A DNA stretch of 44,440 bases from Kiritimatiellia bacterium (GTDB lineage: Bacteria; Verrucomicrobiota; Kiritimatiellia; CAIQIC01; Lenti-01). Positions within the stretch are counted from its first letter, which is position 1, and every line of letters begins with the position of its first letter. Below are positions 1-8,118 of this stretch, piece after piece. Both the position numbers and the translations under genes were made by a program. The stretch is from positions 1 through 44,440 of the forward strand of contig DAOTNL010000002.1 in assembly GCA_035450765.1 (NCBI GenBank), read 5' to 3'. The notes beneath the pieces are model-generated. The model searched no databases, was not told the origin of the DNA, and saw nothing but the letters and a program-made list of their open reading frames with translations.

Positions 1-310
1 CGCCGGGAATCGCTTCCGCATGGATGAACACGTCGACCGCCAGCAGCTGCCCGAGCTGAACGGCGTCGTCCGGCCGCGCGAATCCTTCCGCCGCCAGGTT
101 CTGCTCGCGGAGGACGTTGCCGATCGCGACGCGATCCAGCAGCGTCAACCCGGCGCGCGCAGACAGTTCCGCTTCGGCCAGTTCCACCGCCGCCTGGCCG
201 GCGGCGGACAGATCGGCGCCGATCAGCGCCACGCGCACGTCCGCCTGCGCGGACGCCAAACCAACAAGCGTCGCCAAAACCGCCAGTCCAATTCGCGTCG
301 GGCTTGTCAT
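1..310 (-). CDS. Exported protein, N-terminal fragment only (rest lies beyond window start). It has a signal peptide plus a CsgG/LpoB/TolB-N-like module and is a paralog of the N-terminus of the 307..3567 product.
   Basis: Not in the ORF track because there is no stop inside the window. My own translation of the minus strand from ATG at 310 gives MTSPTRIGLAVLATLVGLASAQADVRVALIGADLSAAGQAAVELAEAELSARAGLTLLDRVAIGNVLREQNLAAEGFARPDDAVQLGQLLAVDVFIH... The ATG overlaps the upstream stop as ATGA (307-310). Confidence 0.7.
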   Translation of the reverse strand, partial: MTSPTRIGLAVLATLVGLASAQADVRVALIGADLSAAGQAAVELAEAELSARAGLTLLDRVAIGNVLREQNLAAEGFARPDDAVQLGQLLAVDVFIHAEAIPG

Positions 311-3300
311 GGTGTGGCCTCCTCGGGATCCCCGCGGACGACCGCGCCGCGCGGTTTGAGTTTCAACAGCCAGATCCCGTTGTCCAATGAAGCCAGCAAG
401 GCGTTTTGATCCGGCAAATAGTCCATGCCGTGCCAGCGGCCGTCCGGCCGCTTCAAGCGCGGATCGGGCGGCGGCAACACGTCATGCCGGTGCTCCCGAA
501 TGCGCAAGCGGCTGAACGGACGACCGGACCAGATCGTGTCGTTGTCAAAAGCGAACGGAGAGATCATCCAATACCGCTCCTTCACTTCCGCCGAACCCAG
601 CGACAATCCCGGGCCGACCGGCGGCCCCTGGCGCACCGTATACACCAATTGGACGGAATCGTCTTCGGGCCGGTAGCGCACGACGGTCGAGTCGTCCATG
701 ACGTACAGGCTGCCATCCGGCTGGGCGACGAGGCGATGGAGGTTGCGGGTGAAGCGCGCCCGCTGCACGTATTCGCCCGTTTCCAAATCCAAGCTCCAGA
801 GCCCCCGGAAATCGCACGGCAGCACCACGGGGCTTTCATGGAGCAGGAAATACAGCCGGTTTCTCTCCCGATCCACGTGCATGTCCCCGAAAAACGGCTG
901 CGGGGACGCGTTGTCCACGGGCGATTCGACCGTCCGCCGCAAGCTCGATCCGCGCAAGGCCACCGCGCCGCTCGCCGCATCGATTTCCACGAAATAGGTC
1001 GCCTGCCACGGCTCGCCCAGGCCGGCGAAAAGACGCGTGCCGGCCACCGCCAAAGATTGAACGTGATCCGACGGCAATCCGTCCGCGCCGGAAAACCGGC
1101 GACCGGATCCCCCGGCCAGCGGCAACTCCACGATTCCTGCGGATGCCGTCCCCACGTAGAAGTGCCGGTCGCCGAGAACGGCGACCTCCAAGTTCTGCCG
1201 GACATACGGCGAGCAACCGGATCGCTCCAGCCGCACGCCCCCGGACCGCTCGATCCGTCCGGAGGACAATTCGATGGTCGCCAGCGCGATTTCCGTCGTC
1301 CCGGAATCCTCCCGCAGTTCGGCGACATAAACGTTCCCATCGCGATACCGCGCGCGAGATAAGGCGCAGAAGCCGCTCGATCCGAGGTCCAGGAGCGGCA
1401 CGGCTTCGGACCATGGCGAGGCTGCGCTGTCCGCCGGAAGTTCCCCCAGCTCGACCAGGCGCGCCTGCAGCGAACTCCGCGCAACTTCCCGGGAGCCGCG
1501 CAAAACAGTGGACTCCGGATCTGCCAACGTCTCCAGGGCCCGGCGCATGTTGGCGATGCGGGTCGGACGGTCGACCGTCGCTCCGCCCTGCGTCAAGGCA
1601 TATGGCAGGCTGTCGCCGATGCTCGCATAGGCGGCAAAGGGCCCCACGTCCGGCTGGGTGACCGTCTCCTCCACGGTATGCACGAACTCGCCGTGTTCGA
1701 GCATGAAATCGAACAGCGCTTGCCGTTCCTCCTGCCGCATGCGCAGATCCGGAAGCGAATCGATCGCATCCAGCGTCGCCTGGTACAGCATCGCGCGGAA
1801 CGCCGGCGTACTGCCGTCCTCCCGGGCCGCGTCGATCGCCGCCAAGCCGAAATCGCGCACCGCGGCGAAGCGTTCGCGGAAATCCGGTTCGCCGCCTTGC
1901 TCCAGCCGCCGCTGGTACAGGCAGAAGCCCAACCGCCCGTAAAGCGCGATCAGCGGATTGGGATGCTCCGCCAGCGTGCCGCAGAATTCCGCCAAGCGGC
2001 GCAGGTCCGCCGGTTCCAGCCGCCACAAGGAGGCAGCCTCCGGCTCGCGGTCGAACTGGCGCGTCTTCGTCGTCAGCCGGAGGAAAATCCGGTTCACCTC
2101 GAAATCGCGGCTGCCGTACAAGGGATATTCCCGGGCCAAGTCGAAAACGGGGCCGCAAAGGGCGATGGTTTCATCGACCCACTCTTTTCCCGACCGTGCC
2201 CAGATTTCGTGCGTTTTGCTGACGTAGAAATTGAACCACTGCAGATAGCGGTTGAACGTCTGGGCGTTCTGGACCGTGGCCAGCCGCTGGCGGTTGATTT
2301 CCCGCATCGTGTCCCGGTGGCGCCGGCAGATTTCCGCGACCGCCGCGTTGAAATCCGAATAGCCGATCGCCGCCGAAACCGCCTTCTTCAAGGCTTGCCA
2401 CATGTGGCACTCGTAGCGGCAGTGGGCCCCCGACGCGCCGATGAGGCGGCTGCGGTCCACTTCGCGATAGTACCCTTCCCGCACCAGCCCGTCCTGCAGA
2501 TCGACCGCCCGGCGCATATACCGCATGCGCAGTTCCCATGGCACCTGGGACTGGAGCAAGGCCGCCACGAGCTGCTCGCGGATGGCCGCGCTGGCGGGGT
2601 CCAGCGCATGGGCTGCTTCCGCCGCGCGCAGGGCCTGGTCCACGTGCGCCGGGTAATATCCGAACCAAAAGACCGATTCCCGCAGGAAATGCTCGGCTTC
2701 CCGCTCGGGGGATGTCTGCGGCGAAATGCACCCGCCCGACAAGGCGTCGCACATCCATTCCGACATCTCCCCGGCCATCCAGGCATCCAGGTTCCGGGCC
2801 GGAAACCGCTGCTCGCGCAAGACCGCGCCGCCGACGTCCGTCAACCGAACCGCGGCTTCCACGCCGGCAGCGTCCGTGCCCTGCCGGAAGGACAGTTCCG
2901 CCAGCGTCATCGCGCCGGGCAACGCGGGCGTCGCGCCGGCGGTCTCCCGCTCCTCGTTCAGAAAACCCAGCCGCCGGCGCTCCAGCACCGACAACCGTTC
3001 CGAACTCGTCAGCTTGCGCTCCACCAACCGGCCGATGCCCTCCAGCGCCGGGGTGTTTTCCTCCGGCAAGTTTTCGTTGCGAACCGTCAAGATGCAGACC
3101 GTGCCGCCCGCTCCGCCTGGACTCTTGCGTTTCAACAGGGCGCGTTCCAGGCCGAAGGTGATCATCTCCACCGACTCGCCCATTCCGGACGGCAAGGTCG
3201 CGTCCCACAAGCGCGCGCCGGTCTGGGCGTCGAAAACCACCAGCCCCAGCGCCTCCGATGCGGCCGCATCGAACTCGACCACGCCCAGCACGTCCGCCGC

Positions 3301-3567
3301 GAGCATTTGTCCCGCCCGCAGCGCCAACGATTCATCGCCCGCCAGCGCGCGCGACCGCTCCTGCTCTTCGAACAGCCGGTCGATTTCCGCCCGCTCCAGC
3401 AAGACGATCCCCGGTTCGGCCGACAAACCGGCCGCCGCCAGATCCAGCACGCCTTGGGCGATTTCGCCCCGCTCGAGCGTCACCAGCGCCACGCGCACGT
3501 CTGCCTGCGCGCCGGAGGCGAGAAGCCACGCCAGCGCGCAAGCGATTCCCCATCGGGTCAATTTCAT
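307..3567 (-). CDS. Large exported multidomain protein (1086 aa), function unknown. Architecture: signal peptide, two tandem CsgG/LpoB/TolB-N-like modules, a helical (TPR-like) middle and a C-terminal beta-propeller with two-component-regulator-propeller-like blades.
   Basis: Track ORF 307..4530 trimmed to the in-frame ATG at 3567 (MKLTRWGIACALAWLLASGAQA, a classic signal peptide). The upstream ORF part is R/G/P-rich and overlaps the real gene 3603..4544 in another frame. Composition is normal downstream. The blade motif GADGLPSDHVQSLAVAGTRLFAG is present. Confidence 0.8.
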   Translation of the reverse strand: MKLTRWGIACALAWLLASGAQADVRVALVTLERGEIAQGVLDLAAAGLSAEPGIVLLERAEIDRLFEEQERSRALAGDESLALRAGQMLAADVLGVVEFDAAASEALGLVVFDAQTGARLWDATLPSGMGESVEMITFGLERALLKRKSPGGAGGTVCILTVRNENLPEENTPALEGIGRLVERKLTSSERLSVLERRRLGFLNEERETAGATPALPGAMTLAELSFRQGTDAAGVEAAVRLTDVGGAVLREQRFPARNLDAWMAGEMSEWMCDALSGGCISPQTSPEREAEHFLRESVFWFGYYPAHVDQALRAAEAAHALDPASAAIREQLVAALLQSQVPWELRMRYMRRAVDLQDGLVREGYYREVDRSRLIGASGAHCRYECHMWQALKKAVSAAIGYSDFNAAVAEICRRHRDTMREINRQRLATVQNAQTFNRYLQWFNFYVSKTHEIWARSGKEWVDETIALCGPVFDLAREYPLYGSRDFEVNRIFLRLTTKTRQFDREPEAASLWRLEPADLRRLAEFCGTLAEHPNPLIALYGRLGFCLYQRRLEQGGEPDFRERFAAVRDFGLAAIDAAREDGSTPAFRAMLYQATLDAIDSLPDLRMRQEERQALFDFMLEHGEFVHTVEETVTQPDVGPFAAYASIGDSLPYALTQGGATVDRPTRIANMRRALETLADPESTVLRGSREVARSSLQARLVELGELPADSAASPWSEAVPLLDLGSSGFCALSRARYRDGNVYVAELREDSGTTEIALATIELSSGRIERSGGVRLERSGCSPYVRQNLEVAVLGDRHFYVGTASAGIVELPLAGGSGRRFSGADGLPSDHVQSLAVAGTRLFAGLGEPWQATYFVEIDAASGAVALRGSSLRRTVESPVDNASPQPFFGDMHVDRERNRLYFLLHESPVVLPCDFRGLWSLDLETGEYVQRARFTRNLHRLVAQPDGSLYVMDDSTVVRYRPEDDSVQLVYTVRQGPPVGPGLSLGSAEVKERYWMISPFAFDNDTIWSGRPFSRLRIREHRHDVLPPPDPRLKRPDGRWHGMDYLPDQNALLASLDNGIWLLKLKPRGAVVRGDPEEATP

Positions 3568-3602
3568 CTCGGCTGGTCCGTCGAAGCGGAACGATCCGCC
3601 GG

Positions 3603-4544
3603 TCACGGCACCAGTTTCGGCAGCAGGCGTTCCGCGATCTGCGCGGCGGCTTCCTGCAAGGCGGCTTTTCCGGCGACTTCTTCGGTCAAATCGACCACGA
3701 CCGCGGTCTGGCGGTCCGTGGCGATGACGCGTTCGGTGGCGCGGTCGATGGCCTTCACTTCCAGGCGCGCCTTGACGCTGACCATGTTTCCGCGCCGCAT
3801 GGCGAATTCGCTGAATCCTTCGCCCTGGATGAGCACGTCCGCCTGCTTCGCGGAGCCGGCCTTGGGATCCACCACTTCGAAGCCCGTTTCGCGGCCCATG
3901 AGCGTGATTTCCGTCTCCGCGGCGGGATCGATCGTGACGCGTCCGACGTGCCGTTCGGGAATGCTCACCAGCAGGACCGGGCGCACCTTGTCGCCCAGCG
4001 CCGCCTTGATTGCGGCGATGCGCTCTTCCGGCTTCTTGGCCGGCGCCACCAGCTCGGAAGCCCGCGCGACGATCGTCGCGCCCACTTTTTCGGCAAGCTG
4101 CTCGGCCAGATCGCCGATGGGTTCGGACGCCTTGCCCTTCACCGATTCGCCCAGCACCCGACTGGTTTCCGTGCCGATGATGCGCGCCACCAGATAGGTG
4201 GTCTGGTCCGCGTCGATGACCGAACCCGTCACCAGCACCTTGGCGCCGATCAGGTTGCCCACCTTCACGGCGTCGGCCGGGCTGACCATCCCGCTGAGGT
4301 TCAGTTCCTGCTCCGCCAGCGTCTTGTCGATCTCCGCGCGGTCCACCAGCAGCAAATCCGGATTCGCCACCAGCGCGGCGAACAGGATGTCGCTGGCGGT
4401 GCTGCCGTAGCCTTGGACGCCTTCGCCCCGTTCGTGGAACGGCAGGATCGCCGTGGGATACACCGTCATGCTCTCCTGCGCAGACGCTCCAATGGCCGCG
4501 AACGCCAATCCAGCCGCTAAAACCATCCACTTGTTCATCTTCAT
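3603..4544 (-). CDS. Exported CsgG/LpoB-like (TolB-N-like fold) protein, 313 aa
   Basis: Track ORF 3603..5510 trimmed to ATG 4544, which is preceded by GGAG. Signal peptide is MKMNKWMVLAAGLAFAAIGASAQ. The segment LPFHERGEG...LLLVDRAEIDKTLAEQELNLSGMV...AKVLVTGSV resembles CsgG/LpoB-type modules. ATGA overlap with the upstream stop (4541-4544). Confidence 0.8.
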   Translation of the reverse strand: MKMNKWMVLAAGLAFAAIGASAQESMTVYPTAILPFHERGEGVQGYGSTASDILFAALVANPDLLLVDRAEIDKTLAEQELNLSGMVSPADAVKVGNLIGAKVLVTGSVIDADQTTYLVARIIGTETSRVLGESVKGKASEPIGDLAEQLAEKVGATIVARASELVAPAKKPEERIAAIKAALGDKVRPVLLVSIPERHVGRVTIDPAAETEITLMGRETGFEVVDPKAGSAKQADVLIQGEGFSEFAMRRGNMVSVKARLEVKAIDRATERVIATDRQTAVVVDLTEEVAGKAALQEAAAQIAERLLPKLVP

Positions 4545-5524
4545 TGCTCCTTCTCCTGCTTTGCGGTTGCCCATTCCAACAATCGAACCAACAGATGGCG
4601 CGGCACGGGAGAGCTCTCCCACGTCTCCAGCAAGCCCGACCCGACCAGCATCAGCGCTCCGCCATCGGACCAGCGCGCCTCGACGAAACCCCAGCCGTCC
4701 GCAGAAACCACCGCCACCTCGGCCCCGGCGCGGGTGCCGCCCAGGCGGAACGCCGCGCGCGCCGGCGGCACGTCGAACCGCTTGTCCAGCTCGCGGACGA
4801 ATTCCGCGCCCCGGAAATGCAGCGCGGCCGGCCCCGGCCGGCCTTCCGCCGGCCCAGGCGGCGCAAAAGCGCCGTCCGCCGGCGCTAAAACGACGACGCG
4901 CGCCCCGCCCGCCGCCGCGCGGATCGCGGTCTCCAGCAGCCCGCGGTTTTCCCGCAGCGAACAGCCTTCGCCGACGATCAGCGTGCCCCCGCCCAAAGCG
5001 GCGAACGCCGCCGGATTCGCGATCCGCCGATACGGCCAGCCGAGTTCGTCCAAGCGTCGCGCCGTTTCGCCGGTCGGATCGAACAGGCGCAAATCCAGCT
5101 CCTGAAGCCATTGCTTGCGTTCCGCCGCCGGATCCCGGCCGAACACGTAGATGGGCTGCTCCAGTTCCGCCAGCGGCTGGCGGTTCCCGTCCAGCAGCGC
5201 CACCTGCAGGCGGCCTTCCGCCGCGACGCCGGCGCGCACCGCGGGCAGATCCACCGCGATTTCCACGCTGGCCGGCGCGGCGGGATCCAGGCGCACGCTC
5301 TGTTCGCGGCGCGCAACGACCCCGCCGCCCACTTCCAGACTCCACGCCACGTGGCCTTCGGCGGCGAGCGGACCATGCGCTGCCACGCGCCACGTCGCGG
5401 AAGTCCCGCCGAACGCGGCGAAACCGCCGTCGAGCCAGCGCAACTCCGCGTTCTCCCCGGCCGCCGCCGGCAACACGACGGCTCCGCACATCCACGCCGC
5501 CCAAATCCAACCCGCCGCTTTCAT
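4541..5524 (-). CDS. Exported hypothetical protein, 327 aa (N-terminal beta-sandwich-like part, C-terminal alpha/beta part)
   Basis: Track ORF 4541..5719 trimmed to ATG 5524 (MKAAGWIWAAWMCGAVVLPAAAGE signal peptide). The start overlaps the anti-sigma stop (TGATG at 5522-5526). I recognise no family. Confidence 0.7.
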   Translation of the reverse strand: MKAAGWIWAAWMCGAVVLPAAAGENAELRWLDGGFAAFGGTSATWRVAAHGPLAAEGHVAWSLEVGGGVVARREQSVRLDPAAPASVEIAVDLPAVRAGVAAEGRLQVALLDGNRQPLAELEQPIYVFGRDPAAERKQWLQELDLRLFDPTGETARRLDELGWPYRRIANPAAFAALGGGTLIVGEGCSLRENRGLLETAIRAAAGGARVVVLAPADGAFAPPGPAEGRPGPAALHFRGAEFVRELDKRFDVPPARAAFRLGGTRAGAEVAVVSADGWGFVEARWSDGGALMLVGSGLLETWESSPVPRHLLVRLLEWATAKQEKEQ

Positions 5525-6306
5525 CACCCGTTCCCGTTCGCCAGCGGTTCGATGGATTGGTAAACGCGGTATTCGTGGCCTTCCGCCGTCTGCGTCAGGA
5601 TGCGTTCCGGCTTGCCGACGGACAGCACCCGCGTTTCGTACGCGCGCGGCAAGCGGGCTTCGGGCCAGTCGATCTCCGCATCCACCACATAGCGGCCGTC
5701 CGGCAACCGATGCACCCACATTTCCAGACCGCCCGCCGCGCCGGACTCCGAAGCGATCTCCACGTACTCTTCGGTCCGGGTCAGCACGTCGGACGACCAG
5801 ACGGTCCGCCAGTTCTTTTGGTTCCGCTCCCGCGCCACGACGACCGTGCGCACGGCGAGGCGCTGGGCCCGCGGCTCCGCCGCGGTCGCCTGTTCCGCCA
5901 GTCCCAGGCGCAGCCCGTCGGCATCCAGCCGGACCCAGCGGACACGGCCGGCAAACAGCGACTCCATTTCGTCGAGGATGTCGCGGCGCGCCGCGAGCTG
6001 CTCGGCGGTAAAGTCCGCCAGCGCCGCCGAACCGTTGCCGTGCGCGGCCTGCAGTTCCGCCGAACGCCGCTGCGCGAGCTGCCGGACCCCGCCCAGCAGC
6101 AGCGCCAATGCGGCTGCGGCCGCCAGCCAGAGTGGCGCCGTTCCGCGGAAGACGGCGCTTCCGCGCCGGACATCCGCCGGCGGCGGCTCCGCCGCCAGCG
6201 CCCCGCGGATCTTCGCTTCCAGATCAGCCAGCGCGGCGTCCGCCGGACGGTTCCGCGCGGCCCATTCCTTCAACTGCTTGTCCAGTTCGTTCGTTTTCAT
6301 GACCAT
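5524..6306 (-). CDS. Single-pass membrane protein, probable anti-sigma factor of the adjacent ECF sigma
   Basis: It overlaps the 3' end of the sigma gene. It has a short cytoplasmic N-terminus, one TM helix (APLWLAAAAALALLLGGV) and a ~170-aa extracytoplasmic domain, with no HxxxCxxC zinc motif. The start is either ATG 6306 or ATG 6300; the latter gives the ATGA overlap typical of this locus. Confidence 0.65.
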   Translation of the reverse strand: MVMKTNELDKQLKEWAARNRPADAALADLEAKIRGALAAEPPPADVRRGSAVFRGTAPLWLAAAAALALLLGGVRQLAQRRSAELQAAHGNGSAALADFTAEQLAARRDILDEMESLFAGRVRWVRLDADGLRLGLAEQATAAEPRAQRLAVRTVVVARERNQKNWRTVWSSDVLTRTEEYVEIASESGAAGGLEMWVHRLPDGRYVVDAEIDWPEARLPRAYETRVLSVGKPERILTQTAEGHEYRVYQSIEPLANGNG

Positions 6307-6857
6307 ACGTCCGCGAGCAGTCCCTTCAATTGGCGGCGGGCCTCATGCACCCGCCAGTACATCGTCGGCAACGCGCAGCGCTCGATGCGCGCGGCTTCCG
6401 GAAACGGCACGTCGTGCAGGACCGTCAGGACGATCGCCGCGCGCAGCTTGACCGGCAACCGCTCCAGCGCCTGGCGGATCCGCGCGTCCGCTTCCGCGCC
6501 GGCCGCCTGCCGGTCCGGCCGTTCCACGCCGGAAGCGACGGGTTCCGGCGCCTCCTCCAGGCTGGCCGTCGCCCGGCGCGCCCGGCGCACCAAGAAGCTG
6601 TTCGCGCAATTCAGCGCGATGCGATGCAGCCAGGTGGCGAATTCGGCGCGCCCGTCGAACTCCGGCAACCCCCGCGCCGCGCGCAGAAAAACTTCCTGCG
6701 TCAAATCGTCGGCATCCGCGTGGTTGAGCGTCATCTGGTACATCATGTTCCTCACTCGCCCGAGATGCCGGACAAACAAATCGCCGATCTGGCCCGGAGA
6801 CCCACCGTTCCGAACCGCCGCCACCAACTCCCGATCTGTGGGCTCCATTGTGTCCAT
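6297..6857 (-). CDS. ECF-type sigma-70 family RNA polymerase sigma factor
   Basis: 186 aa. Region 2 is DADDLTQEVFLRAARGLPEFDGRAEFATWLHRIALNCANSFL. The region 4 HTH is LPVKLRAAIVLTVLHDVPFPEAARIERCALPTMYWRVHEARRQL. Confidence 0.9.
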   Translation of the reverse strand: MDTMEPTDRELVAAVRNGGSPGQIGDLFVRHLGRVRNMMYQMTLNHADADDLTQEVFLRAARGLPEFDGRAEFATWLHRIALNCANSFLVRRARRATASLEEAPEPVASGVERPDRQAAGAEADARIRQALERLPVKLRAAIVLTVLHDVPFPEAARIERCALPTMYWRVHEARRQLKGLLADVWS

Positions 6858-7006
6858 CGCACCCTTTATACCATTAGACCCCCCAACCGCGCATTTCTTT
6901 GGCGAAAACGAAAGTTCCTCGGGCGCGGCGCGGAATGCGGAGAGGGTCCGCCATTCGCATCATGTTGCAGTTTAATACGATAAGGCCGAAGGCACCCCCC
7001 GGCCGG

Positions 7007-7057
7007 TTTTACGTACTACGTAATTTTTCAACAAACTTTTTACGTTCTACGTAAAAA
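7007..7057. promoter_or_regulatory. Two palindromic operator-like sites TTACGT-N3-ACGTAA, 31 bp apart, in an AT-rich patch upstream of the ECF sigma operon
   Basis: TTTTACGTACTACGTAA (7007-7023) and TTTTACGTTCTACGTAA (7038-7054). The second extends to a perfect 9-bp-arm palindrome, 7037-7057. The repeat itself is certain; its function is inferred. Confidence 0.5.
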
Positions 7058-7066
7058 TCGGGGCGG

Positions 7067-7768
7067 TCAGGCCAGGCCGGCGAGTTCGGCGAGGCGGGCG
7101 GGGGTCAGGCCGGCGAGGCGATCGACGACGGCCGCGGCGCCGGCGGCGCGCAGCCAGTCCGCCGGCAGGTTCGTGGCCACCGCCACCACCGGAATCCCCG
7201 CGCCGCGGGCCGAGACGATGCCGTCGTCGGTGTCTTCGATCGCCACGCAGGTCGCCGGCGCGATGCCGTGCGCCGGAAACCGCGCCGCGAGGCGCGCGAC
7301 GCACAGGCGGTAGCAGGCCGGATCCGGCTTGCTCGCCGGCACGTCTTCGGCCGTGACCTTTTCGGCGAAGCAATCGGCGATCCCCAGCGCGGCCAGCACC
7401 GGATCGACGTCGCTGCGCAACGCGCCGCTGCAGAGCCCCACCGGCCCGGCCGCGGCGCAGGCGCGGACCAGGTCCGCCGCGCCGGGAAACGCCGGCACGC
7501 GGCCTGCCGCCGCGTGGGCGGCGAAAAGTTCCGCCTTGCGGGCGATGCGGCGCTGGACTTCCTCCGGCGTCGGTTCGATCCCCGCGCGCTTCAGCAAAAC
7601 CGCGAACGCGCCGCGGTCGTCGAAGCCCATCAGATGCTCGCGGTAGAATTCCCAGGGCGTGGCCGGGCCCTGCCCGGCCATGGCCTCCACCATCGTCTCG
7701 TGGTGCAGCCGTTCGCTGTCCACGATGACGCCGTCGAAATCGAACAGGACCGCCGCGGGCGTGGCCAT
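7067..7768 (-). CDS. HAD-superfamily hydrolase (beta-phosphoglucomutase/phosphatase-like, subfamily IA)
   Basis: Motif I is LFDFDGVIVDSE, motif III Lys is in ASKPDP, and motif IV is EDTDDG. Confidence 0.85.
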   Translation of the reverse strand: MATPAAVLFDFDGVIVDSERLHHETMVEAMAGQGPATPWEFYREHLMGFDDRGAFAVLLKRAGIEPTPEEVQRRIARKAELFAAHAAAGRVPAFPGAADLVRACAAAGPVGLCSGALRSDVDPVLAALGIADCFAEKVTAEDVPASKPDPACYRLCVARLAARFPAHGIAPATCVAIEDTDDGIVSARGAGIPVVAVATNLPADWLRAAGAAAVVDRLAGLTPARLAELAGLA

Positions 7769-7769
7769 G

Positions 7770-8105
7770 TCAGCGCAGGTCCCCGCTGCCGTGGATCTTG
7801 CCGGCTTCCTTGCGCGCCGCCAGCTTGGCGAGGTTGCCCGCGGCGATCGCCTCGAGGTCCAGCCCCAGCTCGGTCGAGAGCGTGGCGAGGTACCACAGCA
7901 CGTCGCCGAGTTCCTTCGCCAGCAGCGAGCGGCGTTCTTCCGACACCTTCCCGCCGTCGTCGCGGATGGCTTTTTTCAGCTTCTCGCAGACTTCGCCGGT
8001 CTCGCCGGCGAGGCCCAGCGCGGGATAGGTGAAGTTGCCCTCGCCGCGGCCGGGGTAGACCGCCGTCGTCTGGGCCTGTTTTTGGTACGTCGCGAAATCC
8101 AGCAT
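7770..8105 (-). CDS. MazG-like all-alpha nucleoside triphosphate pyrophosphohydrolase (111 aa)
   Basis: GLAGETGEVCEKLKK...ELGDVLWYLATLSTELGLDLE is typical of small MazG/NTP-PPase proteins. Confidence 0.8.
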   Translation of the reverse strand: MLDFATYQKQAQTTAVYPGRGEGNFTYPALGLAGETGEVCEKLKKAIRDDGGKVSEERRSLLAKELGDVLWYLATLSTELGLDLEAIAAGNLAKLAARKEAGKIHGSGDLR

Positions 8106-8118
8106 GGGTCGTTCCTTT

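Noticed and set aside
307-4530. Reading the track ORF as one 1407-aa protein
   Set aside because: The first ~320 codons are R/G/P-rich and overlap the well-supported gene 3603..4544 in a different frame. An internal ATG at 3567 begins a textbook signal peptide.
6874-6963. A 29-codon minus-strand uORF (MMRMADPLRIPRRARGTFVFAKEMRGWGV) in the sigma leader region
   Set aside because: It has no RBS and arginine-rich composition, and it overlaps the putative promoter elements. It is most likely non-coding.
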